A DNA stretch of 64,000 nt, taken from assembly GCF_018350175.1 (NCBI RefSeq), contig NC_058382.1, forward strand, positions 54,128,001-54,192,000, written 5' to 3'. Every line of letters begins with the position of its first letter. Within the stretch, counting starts at the first letter, position 1. Source of the stretch: Felis catus (lineage: Eukaryota). Positions 1-13,940 of the stretch are shown here, piece after piece. The translations under genes were made by a program, and so were the position numbers. The notes under the pieces were generated by a model. It was given only the letters and a program-made list of their open reading frames with translations. It did not search any database and was not told where the DNA came from.

Positions 1-1992
1 AAAAACCCCTGAACCCCAACTTCAAAGACAAAGGCAAAGTATTTATTTATATCCATAAAACAAGAATGGGATGTTACATAAAAGGAATATCCCAAGAACA
101 TAAAAACAGTAGAGGAAATCCCTCAAAACTCAGAACAAAGTAATAAGTAGAGAAAATCTAGAAGGGAAGCATCTACTCATATCTATGCTGACAAGTAAAA
201 AGGCAAGTGTCTAGAAAGAACACATACCTGACAGTAAACTATTTGCCTCTGGGGAGAGGGACTGGATGAATTACCTATGGATAATTCATCTTTCATGTTA
301 TACATTCCTGTACTATTTTGATAAGCATTTATTAATTTGAAATAAAAATATAATCCTTGCTCTAACTCATTCTCCTCAAACAACTACCAAGAGACCGCTG
401 CCACACAGACCTCTCAACAAAACACGGAATATGATGACCCTCTGCGAATATACTCCTATTTCTGTCCGTCAGGTGGTCTTTCTGAGGACTCCATTATGCT
501 GAATTAACGCATCAGGGCGGAGCTTCTCGAAATGGGTTTTGCCCACATACCCAGAATTCCTCAAGATGAGGCTCTGGAGGCTGCATCTTCATAAGCCTCT
601 CTGGTAATTCCGTGCACACCAAACTTGTGTGAACCACTGCATCGGAGCCCAGTTCGGTCTGAGACGACTGCCAGGACTGTGCCGGTGGGGCACCGCCCTC
701 CCACCTCTGGAAGACGGCGGCCTCCATGCTTCACACCTGCCAAAGCTCCAGACAGCATTTCTGGCGCACAGATCAGATTAATGGTTGCTTGACAGTGTCA
801 CCAAATCTAGACTTGCGGACCTTGAACTCTAAAGGTACTGGGGGAATGAGGGATGCTCAAACATGCACCATTGCGGATTTTCCAGACGAAGAAAGAGTAC
901 AGTGAAAGCATAAATACGATGTTCTGGGACAGTTTCAACTCGAGGTAAACCAAGGTCTTACCCTGTGGCTGGACAGCTAATTCACCAACTTCCCTTCTCA
1001 AGATCAGCATCATCGCCCGACATTCCAGTAGAAACAAAACAGGCTCCCAAAGCCAACCTAGCCTGGAGTCCAAGCTCTTTAGATGCTGAGCTTTTGTTTG
1101 CTCCTGAATAAATTCAATAAAGTGCAGTAACCATTATAATAAATGTAGATGTCACTAATTACAACACTAGATTTTAAGTGCAACACTAGTGTCTCAAGTG
1201 GCCTGTAAAACTGAGTAAAATCACAGCCAATTCAAATTTAATTAAAACTATCAGTTTAATTTAGTTTGCTTTTACAATAAAAACTACACTAACCCATTAA
1301 CTGCATTCTGAATCTCCCATTACGCCAAACAACCAGCAGCTTGAGGGCCTCCACTTTGGTGAATGGTGCGATGCATTCATTTACCTTGTTATCCAGCGAA
1401 GTTTCGGTTGTTCTAGATCCAGTAAACGACCAATTTTTGTCTTTGAAAATGAGGCTCTTAGATTCGTTCAGGTAATTCACCGTGTGGGTAGAATAGGCTT
1501 TTGTCCAGCTTCTTGTGCTTTTGAAAATTCATCCTCAAGGCACCTTCTGAGGACTTGATCATGGTATCCGATCTCCAGGTGAACTTCCAGTGGCCAAGAA
1601 GGGGTCCTTGGAAACCGAATGAAAGAGCTCGGAGAATCTGGGCAATCATGACCTGCCCCTAGTCCTGGTTCCACGCACTGAGTAGCCTCAGACAAACTTT
1701 CTCCCTTTCCAGAACCTCCGTTTCCTCTTGTTGGAGGAGATCAGAGCAGATTGGTGCTTCCAAAGATTCGACTCTCACGATCTCTGTCACATCCAGGCAT
1801 TACCTGTTAGCACCTGCAATTCACATATACTGAGTACAATAGGTTTCCGAGGTACCATCTGTTTCAGCCTCATCCTGAACAGTAATATTTATGAACTCAT
1901 GTGGTTTCGTGTACTGGTTGTACACTTTTCTTCCAACAGAATTAAAGTAAACATAAAACAACTAAAATTATTTAAAATATTCAGCTAACATT

Positions 1993-2220
1993 GGGACACC
2001 TGGGTGGCTCAATCGGTTGGGCGTCCGACTTTGGCTCAGGTCATGATCTCATGGTCTGTGAGTTCGAGCCCCGCGTCAGGCTCTGTGCTGACAGCTCAGA
2101 GCCTGGAGCCTGCTTCAGATTCTATGTCTCCCTCTATCTCTCTGCCCCTCCCCTGTTCATACTCTGTCTCTCTCTGTCTCAAAAATAAACAAGAACATGA
2201 AAAAAAAATTTTTTTACTGT
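1993..2220 (+). mobile_element. Can-SINE (SINEC_Fc-like)
   Basis: gggacacctgggtggctc head, (CT)n, A-rich tail, flanking agctaacat repeat. Confidence 0.93.
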
Positions 2221-4005
2221 TTAGCTAACATCATCCTACATACCCCAATGGATTATGTATCACATTTGGAGAATATTAGTCTCCCTGACCTCTAAGATTC
2301 CCTTCCTGCTCCAGGGATTTGCAAGTCTATGAAAAAGAATTTTATCACTTGACTCAGGTGAGCAAATGAACACGCACACAAACGTACTGCCTACAGGGCT
2401 TGTCTGCTTCAGAGCAGAGAGGGTAGTTTCTGTTGAGAGAGAAGCGCTGATCAGAAACAAAATTCAGAAGATCATACATTTTAGTTTAGAAGGAAAGAAA
2501 GACTTCTAGTAGTTGAGCAAATTCACAACAAACCGTACAGTTCAGCTGAGGGTTGAGGAAAGAAAGGTGAACCCTGGAGGAAGGAAGAACTAAGGTATGA
2601 AGGAAAAGTAGTTCTGTGAGAGGCTTTGCAATCTTTTCATGGCATAGAAGACAGCAACCTGGGGCTCAGAGGAACATCTGTTTGGGCCTGAATGGAGAGT
2701 CCCGCAGGTACACTCCACTCTGGGTCCTCCTGGCTCAAGGATGCCTCTTCCGGTGATGAAAGCGTAATGAGAAAACCCACGTGCAAATGAGGCAAGGGAT
2801 CACGGGAGAAGAATCCACATGTTACCTGGCTGGGTCTCCCTCATGGCGAGATCTGGGAAGGGATATGCCACCAAGGACGAGGTCATTAAGAGAAGAATTT
2901 GAGATTTATGTGGAAGGGTTGACTGCAGTTTGAGTTTCGTAAGGAATTCAGAGAACGGGGCTGTGACTTCTCCTGTTGTGATAATTCGGCCAGGGTTGGG
3001 ATAATCAGGTACCACAGATCCATTTTGAGCCCCCGCAGCGCTGCGTGCATAGAAAGGGAAGTGCTCCCTGTCATGGTGGCCTGAAGAGGAGAAGAGCAAA
3101 GCAGAGCATCACCCAGGATGTGGCTGAGCTGGGACACGGAGTCAACGGTAACCTATTGAGAGAGTGAATATACAGCAACCGGTGGCCAGACTGTATGTGA
3201 CAAGAGAGCTCTGACCCACAAGCTCCGCAGCAGCCAGACCAGGAAGCCAAACCACACACTGCAACTATCAATCCAAAACATTCAGGGCTTGGTCAACAAC
3301 ACCCAGCTTCCCTAATTTTTTCTCCTTCCCCAACTCAGGACCAACTTCAGAAAGCCACATATGTTCTGGAAACCAATCACATAGGCTGCCCGACTTCCAG
3401 CCACCCCCAGCTGCCCCATAAGAACAGCCTCCAAGATGGGCATACTTGAAACGTCCCTTGTTTTCGCTAGACAACATCCCTTCTCCCCTGCCTGCCTGGG
3501 AGCCTCTGCCCAACACTCGTTTGGGCTTCTGTTTGTTCTCATTTGGATGGTCACTGTTTTATTTCTACTGTTATCTGAAACTGCCTAAAATTCTGAGCAG
3601 GGCCCACATCCATCTCAAAGTCCACTGGCTTAAGTAGGAGATAGATCACTTGCCTTTGGTGATCTATCTGCACATAATTTTTAGGTTGTCCTTTCACTCA
3701 TGACATACAACATAACACATACACTTGTGTATGTCACACACACTACTGGAAGACTTGGCTTGAATCATTTATGTATTCAACTGAATTATTCATGTCCTCA
3801 TTTCAAGCTTGTTAAAGGCTCCCACCCAAATTTACCCTGGTGTGTGTTAAGCCTATACTGGCGCAATTGTTTCGATTTATGCGTCACTCAGGGCAGAAAC
3901 CATGGAGGCAAGCCCTTACCAAAAACATCTGAGGATACTGCAGTTACCCGAAACTGAATGACTGTGTTTATGCTGGACTCAACATATAAACGATTTTCTG
4001 AGACC

Positions 4006-4165
4006 AAGGGTCAGCAAACTATGACTGTGTGTTTGGCCCACTGCCTGTTTTGTAAATAAAGTTTTATTGGCACACAGCCACACCTTTTCATTTACCTATT
4101 ATCTATGGCCGTTTTTACCCTATAATGGCAGAGGTGAGTAGCTGCAACAAAGATGATAAGGCCCA
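4006..4165 (+). mobile_element. MER58-like hAT-Charlie DNA transposon fragment
   Basis: caagggtcagcaaactatg...ttttgtaaataaagttttattggcacacagccac. Confidence 0.75.
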
Positions 4166-4167
4166 CA

Positions 4168-4662
4168 CCCAGATCCACCCTTTTCTGCCCTAATCTGTGC
4201 CTAGGAGACCAAGCAGACTGCAACTCCCAGATCCCCTTTCCTGCCAGCATCCACTTGGGTTTGATCAATGGGAAGTACCTACAGGAAATCAGAGGGTGGA
4301 AGGAGAGAGGGGCCAGAGTATTTCTTCCCTGCTTTGCCAAATCTACAATGGTACCTGTCTTCCTACTATCACAGCTCCTTCCAGATGGCTTCCCCACCTA
4401 TACTGCCAGTTTTCACCGGGTTCCCATAATGTTACATACATCCTAGGGGTTGAGAGAGCTTCTTACTACGGCTAGTCAGTAATGACCTCACTCACCATCC
4501 CTTGTCCATTTTTGTAACACTGCCCATATTTCAGTTGTTTTGTCTCTCCATTTGAATCATCTGGGAGCAACCCTGCCCATATCTAGGTTAACAACATCCC
4601 ACCAACTGAACCCTCTGAAACTCTATTTGAACCAAGTTTCTCGCTGGGACCCTGACCAATAC
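4168..4662 (+). mobile_element. ERVL solo LTR (LTR33/LTR16-like)
   Basis: gggtttgatcaatgggaagtacc...gagagaggggccagagtatttcttccc; ends ctgggaccctgaccaataca. Confidence 0.6.
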
Positions 4663-5629
4663 AGCCCTTGTCTGTACTGCAGTAACTCACTTAGTTAATC
4701 AACTAGCCTAACCCACTCACTCATGACATAAGGTCAAAACACATTCACCCAACATATGCGTGAACACACAGCATTATATCAGAGAACAGGCATTTAAAAG
4801 CTGACATTTATATTCAAAAAAATATTTTTTAATCAGCCTTGCTCACTCCAATTCTGGTAGTGTACTTTCAGGAGAAGCAGCTCTTTCCATGAACAATCAG
4901 AGTTTATGTAAGGCCATCCATCCATATGAGCAGATGAACATCATTATAAGCCCGCTCTCAAGATTGCAATGTTCCCAAACATTATGCTACGCAGTCAACA
5001 GTTACAATGAGTCAGGAGCTCACTGCTCACCAGTAAGTGGCACTGGCCTTTTTGTTCTCTTCTGAGTCAATCTCTTTATTGTTTCACTCCTTTGGTAGAG
5101 ATTGTTTTAATATGTCCCATTTCTGAGCAAATTCTCTCAGCTCATCTTCAAAATTCTGAAATTCCACTTGGGTTCCCACTGGGCTATGTTTGTTTATAAG
5201 GTCACGAAAGGTTTCTTTAAGCTAAATCAAGCTGGGTAGCATTGCTGTGCCTGAAGTTTTCTGTAAGCAATATCTGTAGCAAGACGAAATGGGTTTTAAA
5301 TCATTTGTAAGAGACTGAGTTCCTTGTCCAGGCCAACCCTAAGGACATTTCTTGCCTGTTTTGTTTTTTTTGTTTTGTTTTGTTTTTCTTGTTGTTTTTT
5401 TTTTATGTTGAATGACATAATGGATGTGAAAGTTCTTTGTGAACCATAAAGACCTTTGTAATGTAGGGGATTATGACGATGATCTCAGAGTTTGGGAACA
5501 TCCTGTCTCCTCGGGTTTATTTTATTCCCCATTTTTCAGGGGTCATCAGATTTCTAAAGGAGACCAGAACTGTTTTCCAAGATTTCCTTTTACATTTGCA
5601 ATAGAGTAGAACCTAATTAGTAATACAAT

Positions 5630-6220
5630 TATTCACTTATTTATTTACAAAATATTTATTGGATACTTTCTATGTACTAAGCATTGGCCAGGATGCTGGG
5701 GATAAAAGAGCCAATGACATAGTTCTTGTCCTTCAGGAACTTAACTTTTATTGGGTTCTCACTCCATGCCAGGCACAGTGCTAAATACTTCACTCACATT
5801 ATCTCAATTAGTATTTATAACTATGCTTAGTTAATTACACTATCCACATTTTGCACTTAACACATAATAGCAGAAACAATGATGTCAATGATGAACATTT
5901 ATTGAGTGCTTACTGTGTCAGATGATGACCTAAATGCTTTACAAGCATCTCAGTTAATCCTCAAAATCCCCATAAGAGTATTACATTGTCCCTATTTCCC
6001 AACTAATGACTAACATTTATTGACCACTTAATATTGGCAAGTGTGACCCTAAGCACTTTATGTGAATTATATCATTTAATTCTTTCAAGAACATCATGAA
6101 GGAGATACTACTATTATCCAAATGCTTAAAGAACATGCCCATGTTCGTATGGCTGGAGCTGGTGGAGTTGACATTCTAACTCAGCTCTTTAGAAAGCCCG
6201 TGACCTTAACCATGACGCTG
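5630..6220 (-). mobile_element. Cluster of L2 3' end and three MIR fragments
   Basis: Repeated aacatttattga(g)..cttactgtg..aatcctcaa motifs. Confidence 0.65.
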
Positions 6221-7789
6221 AACTGGCTCTCAAGAACACATTATTCCCAGAATAACTGACTCTCAGTTGACAAAAAGATGTCAAGGTACACATCACAGCC
6301 AACACTGAAGGAAGATGGTTGAGAAATCTGAAAGCAGATGTTGTTTTATTTCACCTTGTAGTCTTGTTGCATGATAGCTTCCAAATTTCAAAAAAAGACT
6401 TCGATGTATCTTGATTTACTTTGTATTTGCACTGTCAGTAAATATGGTCTCTAAAAAACGATGGGCAGAGAAACACAAAGGGCTTAAAACCTTGAATTCT
6501 CCTGAACTCACTGCTGGTACCAATGCTTTCTAGGAAAAGCCTTATTCTGTAATATTTCAGATTCACCTGAGATTTCCTCCTGAGTATTTCTAGAGAGGGG
6601 TTCAAGAAATGTGGAAATTTTGTCAAATATAATGATATTCTGAAAACTATTCCTCAAAACACACGTGTGTGCATTGCCCCCCCCCCAACACACACACACA
6701 TACGCAAGAGTTTCTTTTGTAACATTCAGCAAAATCCCTTGCATTGAGCAAGAACTCAATACATGGCTGTAGAACAGAATGGAATGAAATAGGAAGTAAT
6801 AGAGCAGAATAATATAGAATAAAATGTCACAAGTTCAAATGGAAAGAAACTGCATAGACTAGAATGTCTAGTAATTAAATACAACAGCATAGATAAGAAT
6901 GGAAGAAAACTGATGCCCGACATCTGTTTTGATATATTATCATTTCTTTATACTTGCAGAATTCAAAAGGAGGGCTTGTCTGAATAGCTGGTCCCTGACA
7001 GCCACAGCAGCTCATGCTGGACTGTAGATCAAAACAGGGCCACTCAGCAGTGGAGGAGTCCCCCCTCCCCAGAAGACCCTCAGTTCAGAGCATCCAACAC
7101 CAGGAATCTCCTTTTATTTCCAGGTAGGAGAGGAGCTAGGGAATCCTAAATTTGCATAGTTCCCTTTTAACTTCTGCCTTCCTTGAGGGGGAAAGCTCCT
7201 ATGTCCAGGGTCCTTGCTGATGCTGGACATGAGATACATCCAGAACAAAATTTTGAGCTAAAATCACATATACAGAGTTTTGGCTTTGGGTAGTCTGTCT
7301 ACAGTCCTCAGAAAGCCTATGCTGAAGGACCTGCATATTGGTAAGAGGTTATGCAAATGTGTCTAGCTCCTGGTTGCCTAATACCTTCAGAGAAGGCACA
7401 AGCACTTCCAAAGAGCATTGTTCTAAGAGCTGCCCTGGGTCAGCTTTGGACCAGGCCTGTTATCCAGAGAGGGGCTCTATCCTGCATCACCAGGGTATCC
7501 TTGGGGATCATGTCCTTAAACGGAAGGCTGTGAGCCTGGATATCAAGAAGGAAGACTGAGCCCAAGAAGCCTGATCTATTTAAAGGTGCTGGTGGGAATG
7601 GGAAAGTCTCTGGTGAATCAAGAGAGTCAAAGAGTCTCCATGACAAGACCACAGACATCTCACCAACTCCCCTCATAGAGACACATATGTATTGGTTCTG
7701 TTTCTCTGGAGAAGCCTGACTAATTCACCATGGCTTTGCCCTCTCCTCTATTAATGTATGATGTATTAATGCTTCCCCTATTGATTCCT

Positions 7790-7821
<32 letters not shown>

Positions 7822-8340
7822 ATTTTTAGAAAGTTTGTATAAACATGGGAAAAGTTCTGGAGAGATACATAGCAGATACAGTGGTTTCCTCCTCCTCCCT
7901 GCCCCAACCCCTCAGGGAGCAGGGGGAGTACGTACAGCTTGGTGGAGACGTTTGTTTTGCTTTGCTTTTTATAATAATCGCTGAAATACACTAAGTGCTT
8001 GCTAAGTGCTCAGAGACATGCTAGCGTGCTACCTATACAACATCGATTAATATGCATAATAACCCTGTAAATAATGCTCACTCTATTTTACAGGAGCTTG
8101 AACTAAGGCCTCGGGAAGGTAAATAATGACCCCAAATTCGTTAAGACTTGAATGCTACGAAGCCACCGTTCAATCCCAGGTCTGTCTGATCCAAAACTGT
8201 GCTCTGTCCATGATGTACTGTCTCCACGAAGGGATGATTGTAACATAAATAATATATATACACGTATACATACATATATAAACATGTATAAAATAAAAAC
8301 CTACACATACATATGTGTACAAATAGAGAAAACATTTTTT

Positions 8341-8554
8341 CTTTTTTTTTTTTTAATGTTTATTTATTTTTGAGACAGAGAGAGACAGAGCATGAACAGG
8401 GGAGGGTCAGAGAGAGGGAGATACAGAATCTGAAATGGGCTCCAGGCTCTGAGCTGTCAGCACAGAGCCCGACGCGGGGCTCGAACCCACAGACCGTGAG
8501 ATCATGACCTGAGCGAAGTCGGACACTTAACCGACTGAGCCACCCAGGCGCCCC
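8341..8554 (-). mobile_element. Can-SINE (SINEC_Fc-like)
   Basis: Full-length antisense copy; TSD gaaaacatttttt at 8328 and 8555. Confidence 0.95.
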
Positions 8555-8711
8555 GAAAACATTTTTTTCAATGTACGTATGTTACTCCTATTTGTTTTTA
8601 AGAATAGATTTCAGTATTTATCCCAAAACAATACAAATGAGTAAGATCTGGGAAAGGAAAAAAGAGGGATAAGTTCAGGGAAGAATAATCTTTTCACGGT
8701 CACTGCTTTAT

Positions 8712-9100
8712 TTTGTATTTCCCCAAAAGCAGAGCCTGAGACAAGGACTCGGGTCCATGTCGTTCATTTGGGAGGTGATCCAGGGAAAGACAAAAAGCTG
8801 AGAGAAGGAAGTACATTGGGGTCACTGCTGCAGGCAACATGGTTTGATTGGGCCAGGGTGTCTGAGAAGCAAACAAAGTGCCTCTCAGAACTGCCCACCT
8901 GAAGGAAGGGAAGCTGGGCCATGTCCCGCTGGTTCCTTCTGATCCCCTTCATGGAGGTTTATCCCCAGGGGCATTAACTCCTGGCCGAGAGAGAAAGCTT
9001 TTGAGGTGGGAGTCTGCCACTTGAGGGTGTCTTATCTGAGGCTGAAATACAGGTAGGCAAGGGGCGGTGACAGAGGATTCCACAGGAATCAGTCACACGC
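8712..9100 (-). mobile_element. ERVL LTR (LTR16-like) fragment
   Basis: ccccaaaagcagagcctgagacaagga...atttgggaggtgatcc. Confidence 0.55.
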
Positions 9101-10140
9101 ACCATGTGAAGCTCACCTCCGGGGGGGATCTTTTCTGTTTTGTTGAGATCATCGTTGTTTCTTAAGCGGGCTTTGTTCCAAGGAAAACTACGGGATCCTT
9201 CCCACAGGCCATTCCTTTGCGCCAGCCCCAACCAGCACTCCACCGGCACACAGCTCTGAATGGACGTGGCTGGGACAGAGGGGGCGCCCGCCAGCAGACA
9301 GAGATGCAGGGGCAAGGCGGCCCACGAGGGAACCTGGCTTCTTCAGGGACAGGCCTTTCCGACGCTCACCACGAACCTCACGAGCCCACCGGCTCCCTTG
9401 CTCTGAAGCGATGCTCAGAGAAGGGACGGACCAGGAGGAAGAGTTTCGTGTCAAATTGCCCCTGAACTTTCAACTCCATCGCTGCTCACAGCTGCCATGC
9501 GTAAGAATCCTAGCGAGAGCTTCCAAGGTTTTTATACATGTGTGGGCAGGAGAGGAGGTGAGGAAGTGAACCAGAGATGAAGAACGCCAAATTACGAGAA
9601 GAATGCCAACTGTCAATAATCAAAATAATCCTTCTCTGCATAATCAACACCACGTCGGCACAGCTGCTGAGGAGGAAACAATAAACTGCAGGCAAAAATA
9701 AAAGTGTCTCTTTCTCTCCTGCTACCTTACAAGGAAAACACACACTGGAGCACGGCTCTGCGGAGTAGCTCCTAAAGCATGCAATCAACATTTCCTTGAA
9801 ACTACAGCTGGCGTCTTGCATCCAGCAAACGGCTCTCTTTCCACATTATTATTTATTTAGACCTTGTAGAGATGCTTTAGCACTCAATCGCTAGGCCATT
9901 CGCTTGACAACTGATGGTGCTGCCCGATGGCGCTCCTCACGTTGGAATGCCGACGTTACGCGTTTACACGGATGTCCATGTTGGATGCGATCTGGATTAC
10001 GTGACACTTGGCCGGGGCTACCGGGCGATTAGGCAGGAGCCGCAACGTTGCCACACATTTCACAGCACGGCATCGACTGTTTTGTGGAAAGGGACGATCT
10101 CGGGTTTCTTGAATTGAACATTGGGGGATCCAAAGTCATC

Positions 10141-10370
10141 AGAGTGGAAAGTATTGGCTCTGGAGTCTGACAGCTCGGGTTGGAATTACACTCTGCCACT
10201 TACTACCTTGTGACCTTGAGAACCTCACTTGACCTCTCAAGGCCTCAAAGCACTCACCAAAGAAAGGGAACAGGAATAGTCCCTCGCAGGTCTGTAGTGG
10301 GAATTAAGTAAAATAATGTGTATGATATGCTCTACATGTAGTAAGCGCCTGGTCAGCATTAGCTGTTATA
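10141..10370 (+). mobile_element. MIR
   Basis: ggctctggagtctgacag...ctctgccacttacta...tgtgaccttgag core. Confidence 0.75.
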
Positions 10371-10481
10371 ACTGCTCTGCAGTTGAGCAAGGTTTCATCC
10401 TTCTATCCTCAATTTCCTTCCATAAAATAGTAATGGCCTACACTAGTTTTGTCCTGGAGGGATTTATAATTCCTAGGATTT

Positions 10482-10921
10482 TTTAATGTTTATTTATTTA
10501 TTGTAAGAAAGAAAGAGAGACTGGGGCACCTGGGTGGCTCAGTCGGCTCAGCATCCGACTGTGGCTCAGGTCATGATCTCGCTGTTTGTGGGTTCAAGCC
10601 CCACATCAGGCTCTGTGCTGACAGCTCCGGAGCCTGGAGCCTGCTTCAGATTCTGTGTCTTCCTCTCTCTCTGCGCCTCCCCCCACTCATGCTCTGTCTC
10701 TCTCTCTCTCTCTGTCAAAAATAAATAAACATTAAAAAATTTTAAAAAGAGAGAGAGAGAGAGAGAAGGAGGGGGAGAGAGAGAAAGAGAGAGAATGCCA
10801 AGCAGGCTGTGGCTGTCAGCACAGAGCCCAATGAAGGGCTCAATCTTACAAACTCTGAGTTCATGACCTGAGCTAAAATTAAGAGTCAGACGTTTAACTG
10901 ACTGAGCCACCCAGGCGCTCC
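10482..10921 (-). mobile_element. Older Can-SINE interrupted by a second SINE
   Basis: Tail 10482-10520 and body about 10749-10921; TSD taattcctag(g/c)attt at 10467 and 10922. Confidence 0.88.
10523..10748 (+). mobile_element. Can-SINE nested inside the minus-strand SINE
   Basis: ggggcacctgggtggctcagtcgg head through aaataaataaacattaaaaa tail. Confidence 0.92.
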
Positions 10922-12499
10922 TAATTCCTAGCATTTCTACTTTCTCATTTCTCCCCAGTTATTCACTGGATCATGAACTGCCAAAACAGTGTTAAAATCT
11001 GGGTGCTTCAGGGCTGATGGGCAGAGACACAAGAAGTGAAGAGTGCCTTAGGGAAATGAACACACATCTCCCAGGTCAAAGAGTGAGCTTGCACTGGCTG
11101 ATTTATCCCCTCTCTTCTGAACACATTCTCTCCATCTCCCTGACATATGACACAGAGGACTTCAGCGTTGTAAGGAACAGGACTGAGATCTGGAGATGAT
11201 GGAGCGACATCCCCCAAGAAAGAGCTTCCTCTTGAACTCGGTCACCCTTGGTCACTCTCACCTTCCATCTCCCCAAAACAGCCCAGAGCAATGCTTATAA
11301 ATTATAAAGCACTCCCCTTCTTAAAAACTATACTACTGGCATCCCACTGCCCTCAGATAAAGCCTGATTTCATAAATGTGGACTCGCTTCCACGGTGTGC
11401 ACTACTCTGTGAGGGCACATGAGGGCACACAGTGCTCAAAGAAGCAGGACCGGACAAGAGCGAAGACAGGTGTGAGCCCACAAAATGAACTAAGAACGTC
11501 ACCCCTGGTAAAATAATCCCGCACATCCCTGAGAGGAGCAGACCACTCTGAAAGTGAAAAAGAAAAAGAAGCCACATCACATCCAAGTCATGACCCCTTA
11601 GTCTCAGCCACTAGCCCCAGCAGCATCACAGGGAATCAGGAAGAACACTTGTTCTTTCTAATACCTTGCACATCAAGAGGGCAGAGAGTCCTCTAGTATC
11701 TCCCGGGCTAGCTAACATCCTAGGTTCAGAGGCTGGTCAGTCCTGGCATGGATCCCAGCTTCGTGACCTTAGGCAAGTTCGTTTATCTCACAAGCCTCAG
11801 TGTCTCATCTCTACGCCAGAGACGCAAATAGCACCTACCTCATAGGGTTTGGTGAGGACTTAAGAAGACAACAGATAAATTAGTACTTAGCTCAGATCAT
11901 CAATAAAGATTAATTAATGTTGTCATTTACTAACGATCATTCATAAATTTGTTATCATTCTAAAAAACGGTTAAGAACTGCACTATGTGCCCAGAACTAA
12001 GCACAAGGCCTCAAGCCATGGGAGGAGGGATCAGGTGAGAGATGGAAGGAGGGTAACCAAGTTCATGGACTGATGTTGAAATACTTTCTTCTTAGACAAG
12101 CACCTTGGCCTCGGTCACAGTTTATTTGTTCTTCTCATAGGCGTTATTCTAACAGACTTAATTATCTGGCTTCCAGTTCCAGAACAAATTAGAGGCAGCT
12201 ACACTGCTACGAGCAGGCACACTGTCTTAAGACATGGAAGATGCCTCATCCCCACGTCCAGCCCCCACTTCTCATGGGTCTACACCCCCATTCCCTTCAA
12301 CATTCCTGACATACTATGATTCATTTCTCTTTGTCCCTTAAATGCATTCCATCCTTTCTATCCCCTAAAATCAGAATCAAATGCAATGTTGCACGTGTGG
12401 CTTGGCCAAAAATTATGGAAGTCCAGGTTTTACAAGGACGTCACAGACACAGTGAGGTACGGTAAATGAGTGAAGAAAGCAAGAATAGGATAAGAAACG

Positions 12500-12910
12500 G
12501 TGTCTCTTTTGTGAGCAAATGAAGAGAAAATGCCCAGCCAAAGGCATCCCCGCATCCATCACAAGAACGGCCAATAGCCTGACCCTGGTGATCTGTGTGA
12601 GCCACATGGGACGTGGCATTTGGGCCCAATAAGACTGAAGGAAAGAAGGGAGATTTCAAGTTGCGGGAGAGCGACACTCCCCCTTTTGGACACAAATGAG
12701 GAAACCGAAGCCACCGTCTTGCTCCCAGATGCCATCGTAACAACCATGAGAGGAACAGCCCATGTGGAGAAAGACGGAAAGAACCCACATCCCTGATGAA
12801 GGCACGAATTGCTGAACAATCACCCCTGGGGCACAGCCTCCCTCCTGACTTAAAGAGAACAAACGTTCTTACTGTTTAAGGCGGCGTGAGTCGGGGTTTC
12901 TCAGCTCGCC
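12500..12910 (+). mobile_element. Old MaLR LTR (MLT1J/K-like)
   Basis: gccatcgtaacaaccatgagagg...ttactgtttaaggc...ggtttctc pattern. Confidence 0.5.
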
Positions 12911-12994
12911 CTTAATAGTGTCCTAGAAACTACAGAATTAATGTTTTAACTTTAAAGCACTGTCATAACCCAATAAGATCGGGAGCCCCTTGGC

Positions 12995-13268
12995 TGGGAG
13001 CAAATACAGAACTCTTGGGCATTTGAAAAGTGAGAGGTGCTCTAAGTGCAAAATTAGAAAGACTTCGTACAAGAAATATATACAAACTAGCTGATTAACA
13101 TACTTTTCATATTGCTTACATTCTTGACAAAACATTGCCTTGGGTATGTTGGACTAAATACTGTCATTTGCAAAGTTGATTCTACATGTTTCTTTTTACC
13201 TTGTTTTTAAATGCGGCTACCGGAAAGTCTGAAGTCACGAATGTACTCACATCCAGCGGACAGCACTC
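12995..13268 (+). mobile_element. MER33-like hAT element
   Basis: gaggtgctctaagtgcaaaat...ttttaaatgcggctaccggaaag...ggacagcact. Confidence 0.65.
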
Positions 13269-13482
13269 ATCTTGCTGTATTTCTTCCAATCAGCCTAAGG
13301 ATATTAGGTCATACAAAACTAGTTACTCCTATTTCACTTACTGTCAGCAAAAACATTTGAACTTTTCCTACCCTTCCTTGTGCTAAATCATTTTTCTCCC
13401 TTCCTTTCTCTGTATACTTATGTTTTCAGCCTGCGTGAGGAACTTACATAGTTATAGCTTATCTTCAGTGCGTGGAAATGGG

Positions 13483-13940
13483 CCAGTGGTTCACCAGAGG
13501 GCGTGCTGGAAATCTGTGGGGGCAGGTGGGTTGTCACATGATGGGCAGGGGCTTGCCTGTCCCCTAGAGGGGACTGTCCCCCATGCCATTCCTATAGATG
13601 AAAAGTATGTTTATACATAACCGGCCAGAAGCAAATTCCATCTGAGTTATGAATACGCGGGGCGGGGGGGGGGGTGCACGGGGTTAATTTAAATGAACTT
13701 TCCGGGAAAGCAACTACAGAGGTATACTTTGTTTTGTTCAGAACTTTAGAAGGTATTCACCTTTTTAGAAACCCACATCATTTGTAACAGTGCCCCTGCT
13801 GGTTGTTTGTGTCACTAGCAGGGCTCAGCTGCACTGGTCCACATCTGAGCTGCTACAGTGAGGCAATTCTAGGCATATGTATCGATGTACTCATTTCACC
13901 CTTATTTCAAAATGTCCCCTAGGAAAATAAAAAGCCTCAA
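13483..13940 (+). mobile_element. MER20B/Charlie-like hAT element
   Basis: cagtggttc terminus, gggactgtccc, tttgttttgttcagaacttta internal motifs. Confidence 0.5.

Noticed and set aside
1289..1695. Possible transposase or processed-pseudogene remnant in minus-strand ORFs
   Set aside because: Manual translation gave no convincing motif; a tBLASTn or Dfam search would be needed.
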